64,000 nucleotides of DNA from assembly GCA_007117695.1 (NCBI GenBank), contig SKFZ01000010.1, positions 1,305-65,304 of the forward strand, written 5' to 3'. How positions within the stretch are numbered: the stretch's first letter is position 1; every line of letters starts with the position of its first letter. This DNA is from Bacilli bacterium (GTDB lineage Bacteria; Bacillota_I; Bacilli_A; RF39; UBA660). The notes beneath the pieces are model-generated. The model was given only the letters and a program-made list of their open reading frames with translations, was not told where the DNA came from and ran no database searches. This document shows positions 30,707-42,560 of the stretch, piece by piece. The position numbers and the translations under genes are program-made.

Positions 30707-33072
30707 CAGTCATGTTTCACCCTATCTTGCTCTTCAGCTTTTTTACCATCATTGAATCTATCAACAGTCCCTACTAAATAACCAGTTATTCTTCTAATCC
30801 TTTCAAAAGGGATGCCATCTTCCTCTGTTCTTCTACAACCAGGGCACTGGTCACCTATAACTCCGGTAAATCCACAAACTGGATCTCGATCTACAGGGTG
30901 GTTTATAGCACCGTATCCAATTCCCGCCTCTTTCATTAATCTAACAACTTTTTCGAACGCCTTAACATTACTGCTTGCATCACCATCTAATTCAATATAT
31001 GTTATATGACCTGCATTAGTATATGCATGATATGGAGCTTCAATTTTAATTTTCTTTTCAATAGAAATTTTGTGGGCTACTGGAACATGAAATGAGTTAG
31101 TATAGTAATCTTTATCTGTTACTCCTTTTATAGTTCCGTATATTGCCTTGTCTATGCCAACAAACCTTCCTGATAGCCCCTCTGCTGGAGTTGCAATCAA
31201 AGAAAAGTTTAATTTATGTTTCTCAGCAAAACTATCAATTTTGTTTTTCATAAACTCAATTATTTCTAACCCTAATTTTTCTGCTTCTTTAGATTCCGCA
31301 TGGTGCTTGCCTATAAGGGCTGTTAAAGTTTCTGCAAGACCGATAAAACCAATAGTTAAAGTTCCATGCTTCAACACTTTTTTAAGCCTATCATTTGGTT
31401 TTAACTTTTCACTATCAATCCAAATTCCTTGGCCTAGTAAAAATGGAAAATTATATACTCTTTTATTACATTGAATTTCAAATCTTGCTAACAGTTGATC
31501 TTTTAAAAGCTCTAATTTTTCTTCTAATTCTTTATAAAAACCTTCCATATCAACTTCTTTATTGCTTACAATACCATGCTTTATTCCTAATCTAGGTAAA
31601 TTAATAGATGAAAATGATAAATTACCTCTCCCAACTACAACTTCCTTTTTAGAATCAACGACATTTGCAATAACTCTTGTTCTACAACCCATGTAAGTAA
31701 CTTCAGTTTCATAGTTTTCTTTATCATAGTATTTTAAGTTATATGGTGCATCTAAAAATGCAAAGTTTGGAAATAATCTTTTTGCAGACACTTCACAAGA
31801 GTATTTAAACAAATCATAGTTTGGATCTTTTTTGTTGTAATTAACCCCTTCTTTTACTTTGAAAATTGAAATAGGAAAAATCGGTGTTTCTCCTTTACCT
31901 AATCCTGCTTCGGTTGCTTTTAAATAATTTAAAGTTACCATTCTACCTTCTTTAGAAACATCGGTTCCAAAATTAATAGAACTAAAAGGTACTTGTGCCC
32001 CTGCCCTAGAGTGCATAGTATTTAAGTTATGAATAAAAGCTTCCATAGCTTGATAAACCATACGCTCAGTTTTTTGTAAGGCTTTTTCATAAGATAAATT
32101 AAATATTTTTTCTATTTCTTTAGAATTTTTATACAATTTATAAAAATTTTCAAGGTCGACTTCAATAGATGTTAGTTTGTCTATTTCTTTAAGTGCCTTA
32201 TCTACATTAAGAAACGCACCAAAGCCTGAATAGTCAAGTAAATCATATACCGCTTGCTTAAATTGTTTTTTAAATGTCTTTAAAACACCTGGTGCTAAAT
32301 AATAATCAAATGCTGGTACACTTTGTCCCCCGTGTTGATCATTTTGATTAGATTGAATGGCGATTGCAGCTAAAGCTGAATAACTCATTATATCATTGGG
32401 TTCTCTTAGGTGGCCATGGCCTGTTGAAAATCCATTTTTAAATAATTTATTCAAATTTATTTGACAACAAGTAGTAGTACCCATTGGTAAAAAATCCATA
32501 TCATGTATATGTATATCTCCACTATCATGACCAGTTTTAAAACGGTCTTCTAATAAATATGATTTCGCAAATTCTTTAGAAATCGTACTTCCATATTGCA
32601 ACATAGTACCCATGGCAGTATCACCATCTACATTAGCATTCTCACGCTTAGCATCATCTTCACTAGCAGATTTCAATCCTAAACTTTCAATTGCTTTTAC
32701 AAACTTATGATTTTCTTGATCATCAGTCTTTAAAAACATCTCTCTTGATCTAGTTCTTTTTTTACGGTAATCTGAAAACGATCGCTTCACTTCATCATAA
32801 CCTAAATCCGAAAAAGTAGATTCAATTAAGTCTTGAATATTCTCAATCTTAATTACTGATCTTTCCTTATTTTCTTTAATCAACAAGGAAATAACACGTT
32901 CATACACCTTATTTACGTCGTGGTCATCATAAATTAAATTATCATCCTCATCTTTAACACTATCAAACCCCTTTTTAATAGCAAGAGCGATTTTACCTCC
33001 ATTAAATGGTGCTTTTTTACCATTTCTTTTCTCGACTTTATAAGTCGATAATAACATCTCTTTTTCTAACAT
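30706..33072 (-). CDS. nrdD: Anaerobic ribonucleoside-triphosphate reductase (class III) with an N-terminal ATP-cone
   Basis: 788 aa. C-terminal zinc ribbon CPGC and the glycyl-radical motif RRITGYLVG. Confidence 0.95.
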   Translation of the reverse strand: MLEKEMLLSTYKVEKRNGKKAPFNGGKIALAIKKGFDSVKDEDDNLIYDDHDVNKVYERVISLLIKENKERSVIKIENIQDLIESTFSDLGYDEVKRSFSDYRKKRTRSREMFLKTDDQENHKFVKAIESLGLKSASEDDAKRENANVDGDTAMGTMLQYGSTISKEFAKSYLLEDRFKTGHDSGDIHIHDMDFLPMGTTTCCQINLNKLFKNGFSTGHGHLREPNDIMSYSALAAIAIQSNQNDQHGGQSVPAFDYYLAPGVLKTFKKQFKQAVYDLLDYSGFGAFLNVDKALKEIDKLTSIEVDLENFYKLYKNSKEIEKIFNLSYEKALQKTERMVYQAMEAFIHNLNTMHSRAGAQVPFSSINFGTDVSKEGRMVTLNYLKATEAGLGKGETPIFPISIFKVKEGVNYNKKDPNYDLFKYSCEVSAKRLFPNFAFLDAPYNLKYYDKENYETEVTYMGCRTRVIANVVDSKKEVVVGRGNLSFSSINLPRLGIKHGIVSNKEVDMEGFYKELEEKLELLKDQLLARFEIQCNKRVYNFPFLLGQGIWIDSEKLKPNDRLKKVLKHGTLTIGFIGLAETLTALIGKHHAESKEAEKLGLEIIEFMKNKIDSFAEKHKLNFSLIATPAEGLSGRFVGIDKAIYGTIKGVTDKDYYTNSFHVPVAHKISIEKKIKIEAPYHAYTNAGHITYIELDGDASSNVKAFEKVVRLMKEAGIGYGAINHPVDRDPVCGFTGVIGDQCPGCRRTEEDGIPFERIRRITGYLVGTVDRFNDGKKAEEQDRVKHD

Positions 33073-33210
33073 CTAATTCATCCTCCCTTTATTGTCGTAA
33101 TTTAATTATAACGAAAAAACCGATAAAAATCAAACAAAAGTTCGTGTTATTTTGACAAAATTTTCTTCTTTTATAATCCCTTTAATTTCAATAGTTTAAA
33201 GATTTATGTC

Positions 33211-33237
33211 AAAAAAAGTAGAGAAAACTCTACTTTA
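33211..33237 (-). terminator. Rho-independent terminator ending the long minus-strand operon after nrnA
   Basis: Stem agtagag/ctctact with loop aaaa. On the minus strand a T7 run follows. Confidence 0.65.
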
Positions 33238-33241
33238 ATAT

Positions 33242-34252
33242 TTAACTTAAACTATCATCATAACTAGAGGCAACATCATCCAAATCTCTTACAAGTTCTG
33301 CAATTTGTTCTTTTTCATTAATAACTACTCCACTAGCAAAAACATGGCCTCCACCATTGTACTTAGTAGCAACCTCATTAATAATAGGACCCCTAGACCT
33401 TATCGAACCTTTAAAAGTTTTCTTTTCTTTTTCTTCGGTAATTATAAGCCAAACTTTAATCTCTTTAATATAATTAAAATTTCCCACCATATTTCTTGCG
33501 GTTGGTGCATCAATTTCATAATCTTTTAAAACATCATCATTAATTAAAATGCTAGCAACACCATTTTCTGTGATTTCAAAATTATTTGTGATATAACCTT
33601 GAAACTTTATTTCATTTAGCGGCCTAAAATACAATTTTTCATAAAGTTTAGTAAAATCAATATTAGTTTCTTCTAATAATTTTGAAACTAACCTAAAAGT
33701 TTTAGGCGTCGTATAATAAAATAAAAACCTATTAGTATCCGCTACAATACCTATAAATAATTTTTCTGCAGCACTTTTAGTTAAATTCAACTTAGTATTA
33801 AAAACCAATTCAACAATCATTTGTGCAGCAGAAGAAGCATCAGCATCTATCCACTCAAAATCACAAAATTTTTCCATAAATGGATGATGGTCAATTTTAA
33901 TGCAATAATCAAATTTTTTTGGATCAGCGCCATCAACTCTTCTATAATCTGGTGTATCAACTACAATTAATAGCGAATCTTCATACATCTCTTCAGTAAA
34001 TTTATCTAGCGTTCCTAAATATTTAAACTTAGATGCTGGATACCCAATCGCATAAACTTTCTTATCTGGGAAACTATTCAAAATTATTTCCTTTAAAGCA
34101 AGCTGGCTTGAAAGTCCATCTGGATCAGCACCAACATGCCTCGCTATCACAATCGTGTCATATTCTTTTATTTTTTTATAAATCTTTTTGTAAGTACTTT
34201 TCCACATCTTTATCCTCTTTCTATTTTGCAAGCCTATAAGTTTCTTTAGCAA
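33242..34252 (-). CDS. nrnA: DHH/DHHA1 bifunctional oligoribonuclease and pAp phosphatase
   Basis: Contains DHH (KIDHHPF) and GGGH (YNGGGHVFASG) motifs. Confidence 0.8.
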   Translation of the reverse strand: MLKKLIGLQNRKRIKMWKSTYKKIYKKIKEYDTIVIARHVGADPDGLSSQLALKEIILNSFPDKKVYAIGYPASKFKYLGTLDKFTEEMYEDSLLIVVDTPDYRRVDGADPKKFDYCIKIDHHPFMEKFCDFEWIDADASSAAQMIVELVFNTKLNLTKSAAEKLFIGIVADTNRFLFYYTTPKTFRLVSKLLEETNIDFTKLYEKLYFRPLNEIKFQGYITNNFEITENGVASILINDDVLKDYEIDAPTARNMVGNFNYIKEIKVWLIITEEKEKKTFKGSIRSRGPIINEVATKYNGGGHVFASGVVINEKEQIAELVRDLDDVASSYDDSLS

Positions 34253-35399
34253 TCATAACTTCTTCATCAGTCTTTATTACATAACATTTAACTTTAGAAC
34301 TATCATTACTTATTAAAAACTCATCTTCTCTTTTATCATTAAGTGTTTCATCTAAATAAATTCCTAATGGTTGTAGTTCTTCTATAATCATTTTTCTAGT
34401 CAAACTAGAGTTCTCCCCAATTCCTCCAGAAAAGGTTATAGCATCTACTTCTTTTAAGAAAACAAAGTACTTAGCAATATAAGATACAATTCTTTTCACA
34501 TACATTTTTTGAGTAAGAACTGCTTTTTCATCGTTATTTAAATAAGCCTCTTCAATTTCCCTTGAGTCACTACTTATTTTACTAATTCCTAAGAATCCAC
34601 TCTTCTTGTTTAAATCGTTTAATACTTCATTTAGATCTTTTTCTTCTTCATCCATAACATGAAGGATTAAAGTGAAATCAATATCACCACTTCTAGTTCC
34701 CATAATTAACCCAGCATTTGGCGTAAATCCCATTGTTGTATCTTTTGACTCACCATTTTTCACAGCACATAAACTAGCGCCATTACCTAAATGGCAAGTA
34801 ATTAAGTTAACATCTTCCTTGTTCAAAACATCTTTCATTCTGCTAGTTATATATTTATGGCTAGTTCCATGAAAACCGTACTTTCTTACTTGATGTTTTT
34901 CATACCACTCATACGGTGTAGAATATAAAAACTCTTCTTTCTCGATTGTTTGATGGAAGGCTGTGTCAAAAATTGCGACAGAAACTGCCTTAGAAATTTT
35001 CTTCATAAATGCTTTTATACCTATTAAGTTTGCTGGATTGTGAAGTGGTGCAAGCTTGCTTAAATCTTCAACAGTTTTTAGCACATCATCATCAATTATT
35101 ACTGAGTCTGAATACTTATCTCCTCCGTGTACAACTCTGTGGCCTATTGCTTTTATCTCATCCAATGAGCTAACAATATTATTGTTTATCAACTCATCAC
35201 TTAGCATTTCAACCGCTTTTTCATGGTCTTCCAAATTTACTTGTTTTTTTACTTTATTACCATCTATTTTTAATGTATAGAAACTATCCTTAAGTCCTAT
35301 TCTTTCAAAAACGCCGGAAATCAAAACTTTTTCATATGGCATTTCATACATTTGAAACTTCAATGATGAACTACCTGCATTAACTGACAATATTTTCAT
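34221..35399 (-). CDS. ackA: Acetate kinase
   Basis: 392 aa with ASKHA fold motifs (KILSVNAGSSSLKFQ, HLGNGASLCAV). Confidence 0.95.
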   Translation of the reverse strand: MKILSVNAGSSSLKFQMYEMPYEKVLISGVFERIGLKDSFYTLKIDGNKVKKQVNLEDHEKAVEMLSDELINNNIVSSLDEIKAIGHRVVHGGDKYSDSVIIDDDVLKTVEDLSKLAPLHNPANLIGIKAFMKKISKAVSVAIFDTAFHQTIEKEEFLYSTPYEWYEKHQVRKYGFHGTSHKYITSRMKDVLNKEDVNLITCHLGNGASLCAVKNGESKDTTMGFTPNAGLIMGTRSGDIDFTLILHVMDEEEKDLNEVLNDLNKKSGFLGISKISSDSREIEEAYLNNDEKAVLTQKMYVKRIVSYIAKYFVFLKEVDAITFSGGIGENSSLTRKMIIEELQPLGIYLDETLNDKREDEFLISNDSSKVKCYVIKTDEEVMIAKETYRLAK

Positions 35400-35411
35400 A
35401 ATTACCTCTTT

Positions 35412-35950
35412 CTATAATTCATATTTTATGAACTTACTATTACCCATTTTTTTATATTTTAGCTTACCATCTTCTGGAACTCCATTAATGTAATGGTTAA
35501 TAACATTTATCGCTCCATTATGAGTAACTATTAAAACATTTTTACCTTTATGCTTTTGCCTGATCTCCTCAATAAAATTTGTAACTCTATTAAATAAATC
35601 AGAAATCCCTTCGACGTTTTTTTCTTTTGTATTTAGATTCAAATCATCAAACTTCTCATCAATATTTCCATTATCATCATTGAAAGAGGTCCCCTCATAA
35701 TCTCCTAAATTTCTTTCAATTATTCTACTGTCTACTTCTACATTGACGTAAGGTGCTATTATTTCGGCAGATTCAACAGCTCTTTTCAAAGGCGAAGAAT
35801 ATACAAAATCAAATTTTACATCTTTCAACTCATCTCGAAGTTTAAAACTTTCTGATCGTCCAAATAAATTTAATTCTATATCAGTTCTTCCTTGATACAA
35901 GTTTTTGACATTGTATTCTGTTTTTCCATGCCTAACCAAATATAAATTCA

Positions 35951-35951
<1 letters not shown>
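35412..35951 (-). CDS. Histidine phosphatase (phosphoglycerate mutase) family protein
   Basis: N-terminal RHG motif (LYLVRHGKTEYN). 179 aa. Confidence 0.75.
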
Positions 35952-38002
<2,051 letters not shown>

Positions 38003-38019
<17 letters not shown>

Positions 38020-38995
38020 ACTCCTTTATAAATTCATCTACTAATAAATTAAATTCTTCTTTGCTTTCTGCTTTAGCAATTTTACTCTTTAATCCACTTG
38101 CATTCCTAACACCTTTCAAATAATAACACCCTTGTGTTCTCATTTCTAAAACCGCTACTTTTTCAGGCTTGTTCTCAATTAATAAGTCAAGGTGATACTT
38201 CATCATATTTATGCGCTCTTTTAAAGTTATATCATCTTCGTAAGAACCTTTACTCAAATAATCAACACAATTTTTAATCAACCATGGATTTCCAAGAGCG
38301 CCTCTTCCTATCATAACGGCGTCACAGTTAGTAAATTCAATCATTTGTTTTGCAAGTTCAGGAGTTGTAACATCTCCATTTCCAATCACAGGTATACTGA
38401 CTGCATTTTTAACCTCTTTAATAATATTCCAGTCTGCATGACCACTGTAGCCTTGCTTTCTAGTTCTACCATGTATAGTTATTGCACTTGCTCCAGCTTC
38501 TTCACAAATTTTAGCAACTTCTACTGCATTTATATTATTGCTATCCCATCCACTTCTAATTTTGACAGTAACTGGAGTTTTAACCTCACTAACAACTGAT
38601 CTAACTATTAACTTTATTTTATCAGGGTCTTTAAGCAAAGCGCTTCCTGCTTGACTTTTAATAGCAATTTTGGGAACAGGACAGCCCATATTTATATCAA
38701 TAATATCTGGCTTCATTTCCTTTTCAATGAATTTAGCTGCTTCGACAAATGATTTTGTATCACTTCCAAAAATCTGTTGTGAAATTGGCCTTTCAAAATC
38801 AGTCATATAAAGCAAATCCAATGTCTTTTTGTTTTTATACATAACCGCCTTATCACTGACCATTTCAGCAACTATAAGACCGGCTCCCATCTTTTTTATA
38901 ATTGTTCTGTAGGCACTATTACTTACACTGGCCATCGGCGCTAGAACAACTCTGTTTTTTATAGTAACAGTTCCCACTTTCCACATATAAATCAC
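38003..38995 (-). CDS. dusB: tRNA-dihydrouridine synthase
   Basis: LAPMASVSN and DINMGCP active-site blocks on a FMN TIM-barrel. Confidence 0.85.
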
Positions 38996-39057
38996 CTATT
39001 TAATTATAATATATATATACTTATTTTACAACAAATCAAAAAAATAATACTTATGTA

Positions 39058-39609
39058 TTATTCAATTTCATTATAAAGATAATATATAATTTCTTTATTC
39101 GTATCAAAACTAGAAGAACTCTCTACACAAGTTCTAATTGCTCTTTCAATACTTTCAGTACTTTTGTCATGTTCAAGCGATAATTTTTTATATAAATCTT
39201 GCATGCTATATTGATATTCTTTTAAATATAACACACTCTTTTTTATATATTCATATCCCTTTAACTTAGGATGGATGCCTTGCTTAATTAAAGCTTTACT
39301 TATTTCAATTTCTAGGGAATTAGATAAATAAGTCATGAACCTTTTTCGCAAATTTATAAACTTATTAGTAAACATCTTTTCATTTGTAATAATAACCTTA
39401 GCTTTCAAAAAATCACTAATTTTAGAAAAATTTCTATCAAAAGGAACTAAATCAATATCGACTATTATTATATCTGGTCGAAATAATTCATTAATAGATT
39501 CAATACTTTTTGTTGTTTCAACAACTTTTTCAACTTTAATACTTTTAGGAGAGACAGTTTTAATTACTTTTAAAAAATCGGGTCGCTTAGTTACTACTAC
39601 TATTTTCAT
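39058..39609 (-). CDS. Compact Spo0A-like transcriptional regulator (shortened receiver-like N-domain plus Spo0A_C DNA-binding domain)
   Basis: The C-terminal half aligns to the Spo0A effector domain: GIHPKLKGYEYIKKSVLYL against GVPAHIKGYLYLREAISMV, and TESIERAIRTCVE against ASRVERAIRHAIE. The N-terminal 90 aa is receiver-like (IVVVTKRPD, IIIVDIDL, VIITNE) but short. It overlaps the tpiA 3' end by 23 nt. Confidence 0.5.
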   Translation of the reverse strand: MKIVVVTKRPDFLKVIKTVSPKSIKVEKVVETTKSIESINELFRPDIIIVDIDLVPFDRNFSKISDFLKAKVIITNEKMFTNKFINLRKRFMTYLSNSLEIEISKALIKQGIHPKLKGYEYIKKSVLYLKEYQYSMQDLYKKLSLEHDKSTESIERAIRTCVESSSSFDTNKEIIYYLYNEIE

Positions 39610-40318
39610 AATTGTTATTTATAAATTCTACAATTTCAAAAAATTCATCTTTCAAAGATGCTCCACCAATCAAATAACCATCAATTACTGATATTTTTTC
39701 TAAAGTTGAAATATTCTCCTTATTAACACTTCCACCATATAAAACAGGAATGTTTTGATATCCGTACTTGTCTTTTAAAATAGATTTTATTAAATCTACA
39801 CTTTCAATGATTTCCTCATTTGTTGGTGTTATGTTAGTCCCTATTGACCAAACTGGCTCATATGCTACTACTAACTTATCCAAATTGTGAACATTATCAA
39901 GTGCTTCAGTTAATTGTTTTTCAATAAATTTCAATTTCTTTTTGCTAGTCTCTTTCTCGCCAACACAAAGTATAACACTTAAACCATTATCAATTACTGA
40001 GATTATTTTTTTGTTTATAATCTCATTTGTTTCATTAAAGTGTTCTCTTCTTTCACTATGCCCTATTATGACAGCACTTACACCGACACTTTTTGCTTGA
40101 TGAGCAGAAATTTCTCCGGTATATGCTCCTTCATTTTTAAAATAAACATTTTGAATACCTACTTTAAACTTGTTTTTCAAGAAAAAAGGTACATAAATGC
40201 TTGTCGGACAAACTAAAACATTTGAATAATTAGCCTTTGATTGCATAAGTTTAATATAAACATTAATTTTTTTAGCATCCAAATTCATTTTATGGTTTGC
40301 TACAATAAGCTTTTTCAC
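39587..40318 (-). CDS. tpiA: Triosephosphate isomerase
   Basis: 243 aa with active-site blocks (ANHKMN..., VIIGHSERR, AYEPVWSIGT, GGASLK). Confidence 0.9.
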   Translation of the reverse strand: MKKLIVANHKMNLDAKKINVYIKLMQSKANYSNVLVCPTSIYVPFFLKNKFKVGIQNVYFKNEGAYTGEISAHQAKSVGVSAVIIGHSERREHFNETNEIINKKIISVIDNGLSVILCVGEKETSKKKLKFIEKQLTEALDNVHNLDKLVVAYEPVWSIGTNITPTNEEIIESVDLIKSILKDKYGYQNIPVLYGGSVNKENISTLEKISVIDGYLIGGASLKDEFFEIVEFINNNYENSSSN

Positions 40319-40329
40319 TAAAATCCCCC

Positions 40330-41511
40330 TTACTTATTTAATACTTTTATTCCAGGGAGATCTTTTCCTTCAAGCAATTCTAAAGATGCCCCTCCTCCAG
40401 TTGAAATATGTGTTATTTTGTCTTTAAACCCTAAGTTTATGGCTGCAGAAGCCGTGTCGCCACCACCAACAATTATTGTTTTGCCAGTATCTACAATCCC
40501 TTTAAAAACTTCTTTTGTTCCTTTTGAAAAACTATCATGCTCAAAAACGCCTAAAGGCCCATTCCAAACAACTGTTTTACTTTCAGATAAAACTTCTAAA
40601 AAATTAGCTATAGTTTCATCACCAATATCAACACCCATCATATCCTCGTTTATGGAATCTGAACTTGCGTAATAACCTAATTCATCATCGATTGATTTAG
40701 CTAAAATGTTATCTACAGGCAAAATTATTTTATCAGAATACTTAACTAACATCTCTTTGCAAAAATCAATATATTCTTCTTCTAAAAGGGAATTCCCTAC
40801 TTCATAACCTTTTGCTTTTAAAAAAGTATATGCCATTCCTCCGCCGATAATAATATTATCTACTTTATGAACTAAATTTTCTATAACACCAATTTTATCA
40901 GAAACTTTTGCACCACCTAAAATTAGTGAAAACGGCTTTTCTGGACTTTCTAAAACCTTTTTAAAATTAATCAACTCTTTTTCAATTAAAAAACCTACAC
41001 CTACATCACTTAAGTTATTAGCGATTCCAACATTGGAAGCGTGGGCTCTATGAGCAGTACCAAATGCATCGTTTATGAATATTTCTCCAAGAGATGCCCA
41101 GTACTTGCCAAGTGTTTGATCATTTTTACTTTCAGCTTTTTCATTTAAATCTTCAAATCTTGTGTTTTCAACTAATAAAACATCCCTATCTTTCATATTA
41201 GAAATGCTATCTTCAAGTTTAATCCCTCTTGTTTCACCAGGAAAAGCAACTTGCTTATTCAAATAAAAGCTTAACTTCTCTGCAACAATCCCCAATGACA
41301 ACTTTTCTTTATCTTCAGGAGTTTTAACGCGCCCCAAATGCGAAAATATAATAACTTTAGCCCCTTGATCTAGTGCATAATTTATTGTTTTTAAGCTTTC
41401 TTTTAACCTGTTATCGTCTTTAATTTCACCATCTTTAATAGGAACGTTAAAATCACACCTAATTAACACTTTTTTTCCTTTTAATTCAAAATCTTTTATA
41501 GTTTTAATCAT
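40330..41511 (-). CDS. pgk: Phosphoglycerate kinase
   Basis: 393 aa with motifs RCDFNVP and GGGDTA...GGGASLE. Confidence 0.95.
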   Translation of the reverse strand: MIKTIKDFELKGKKVLIRCDFNVPIKDGEIKDDNRLKESLKTINYALDQGAKVIIFSHLGRVKTPEDKEKLSLGIVAEKLSFYLNKQVAFPGETRGIKLEDSISNMKDRDVLLVENTRFEDLNEKAESKNDQTLGKYWASLGEIFINDAFGTAHRAHASNVGIANNLSDVGVGFLIEKELINFKKVLESPEKPFSLILGGAKVSDKIGVIENLVHKVDNIIIGGGMAYTFLKAKGYEVGNSLLEEEYIDFCKEMLVKYSDKIILPVDNILAKSIDDELGYYASSDSINEDMMGVDIGDETIANFLEVLSESKTVVWNGPLGVFEHDSFSKGTKEVFKGIVDTGKTIIVGGGDTASAAINLGFKDKITHISTGGGASLELLEGKDLPGIKVLNK

Positions 41512-42512
41512 AAATCCTCCTGAAAATCAAATCTTTTAACATCTACTTGATAATTTCTATTTATTTCCTCGCTTGATAAAGAACGATTATATACTCTTAT
41601 TGAATGAATTTCGCCTTCAAAATAATTCGACCCATCTCCTATTATGAAATGATTATCATCACCAATTTGAATATAATCGCTTACCTCTTCGCTATTATCA
41701 TTCAAATATATAATAGAGTTATTTAATGAACCATTATTTATGAGTGCTAGCCTATAGGGCTCACCCATACTATATGATGAACTATATCCATGTGTATTAG
41801 ATGATCCATAATGCCAAAGAGGGTCAGTAGAAGAAAATTCTAAGTATGCAAAATCTCTAATACCTACATAAGACGTTGATGTTCCACTTTGCCTCAAAAC
41901 CAACTCTATGGTAAAGTCTTCACCTAGTAAACTTGGTTTTATTTTTCTTGCAGAATTTAAAACATCATTGCTATTTTCAAATTTTAAACTATTCACAGTC
42001 CATCTATCTTTATCGATTAATATTATATCATTATTAGAGCTGGTTAAATCTTGCATATAATTATTAAACCTAAAACCTTTTCCATTATTGTTTATGGCAT
42101 CATAATGAAGCACAAGCCCTTCTTGTTCATACATGTCAATTCCTGCTTTAAATCTTTCAAATGAATAATCTATCATTCCACTTGAAAGCCTTTCTGCTAC
42201 TATAGTAAAATTATTATTAACCGTGTCATCAGTTTCAGGATCAATCACCGTTTGCCTAATAAGACCTTTTTCTTCTAAAAACTTTATCGATATAAATGCT
42301 TTTCCTGATTCAACATTTAACTGTTCAAAATAATTTCTGTTTGACTCAATATATGATTCTGTTGCCATATACAAATTTTGCAAGTAGGTATCAAAGTCAT
42401 TTTGATTTGTTCTTCTGAATGTATTTATTATTGTTGGTACAGAAATTATAAGCACAATTGCAAGCACAACTATAACACCTAATAATTCAACTAATGTAAA
42501 ACCCTTTTTCAT
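41508..42512 (-). CDS. Prepilin-type (class III signal peptide) modular pilin-like protein with a C-terminal LamG/ConA-like lectin module
   Basis: The N-terminus MKKG|FTLVELLGVIVVLAIV carries a canonical prepilin peptidase site (G-1, F+1, E+5) and a hydrophobic helix. The C-terminal 200 aa ends with the Laminin_G_3-type motif GEIHSIRVYNRSLSSEEI. The stop overlaps the pgk ATG (ATGA). Confidence 0.6.
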   Translation of the reverse strand: MKKGFTLVELLGVIVVLAIVLIISVPTIINTFRRTNQNDFDTYLQNLYMATESYIESNRNYFEQLNVESGKAFISIKFLEEKGLIRQTVIDPETDDTVNNNFTIVAERLSSGMIDYSFERFKAGIDMYEQEGLVLHYDAINNNGKGFRFNNYMQDLTSSNNDIILIDKDRWTVNSLKFENSNDVLNSARKIKPSLLGEDFTIELVLRQSGTSTSYVGIRDFAYLEFSSTDPLWHYGSSNTHGYSSSYSMGEPYRLALINNGSLNNSIIYLNDNSEEVSDYIQIGDDNHFIIGDGSNYFEGEIHSIRVYNRSLSSEEINRNYQVDVKRFDFQEDL

Positions 42513-42535
42513 AATTCACCTACTTTACTAGTTTA

Positions 42536-42560
42536 AAAAGATTAGTTAAACTAATCTTTT
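42536..42560 (-). promoter_or_regulatory. AT-rich hairpin immediately after the gap stop codon. It could be an intra-operon attenuator or an RNA processing element.
   Basis: Near-perfect palindrome aaaagattagtt(a)aactaatctttt spanning the gap stop. Only about 46 nt separate gap from the pilin-like gene. Confidence 0.4.
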
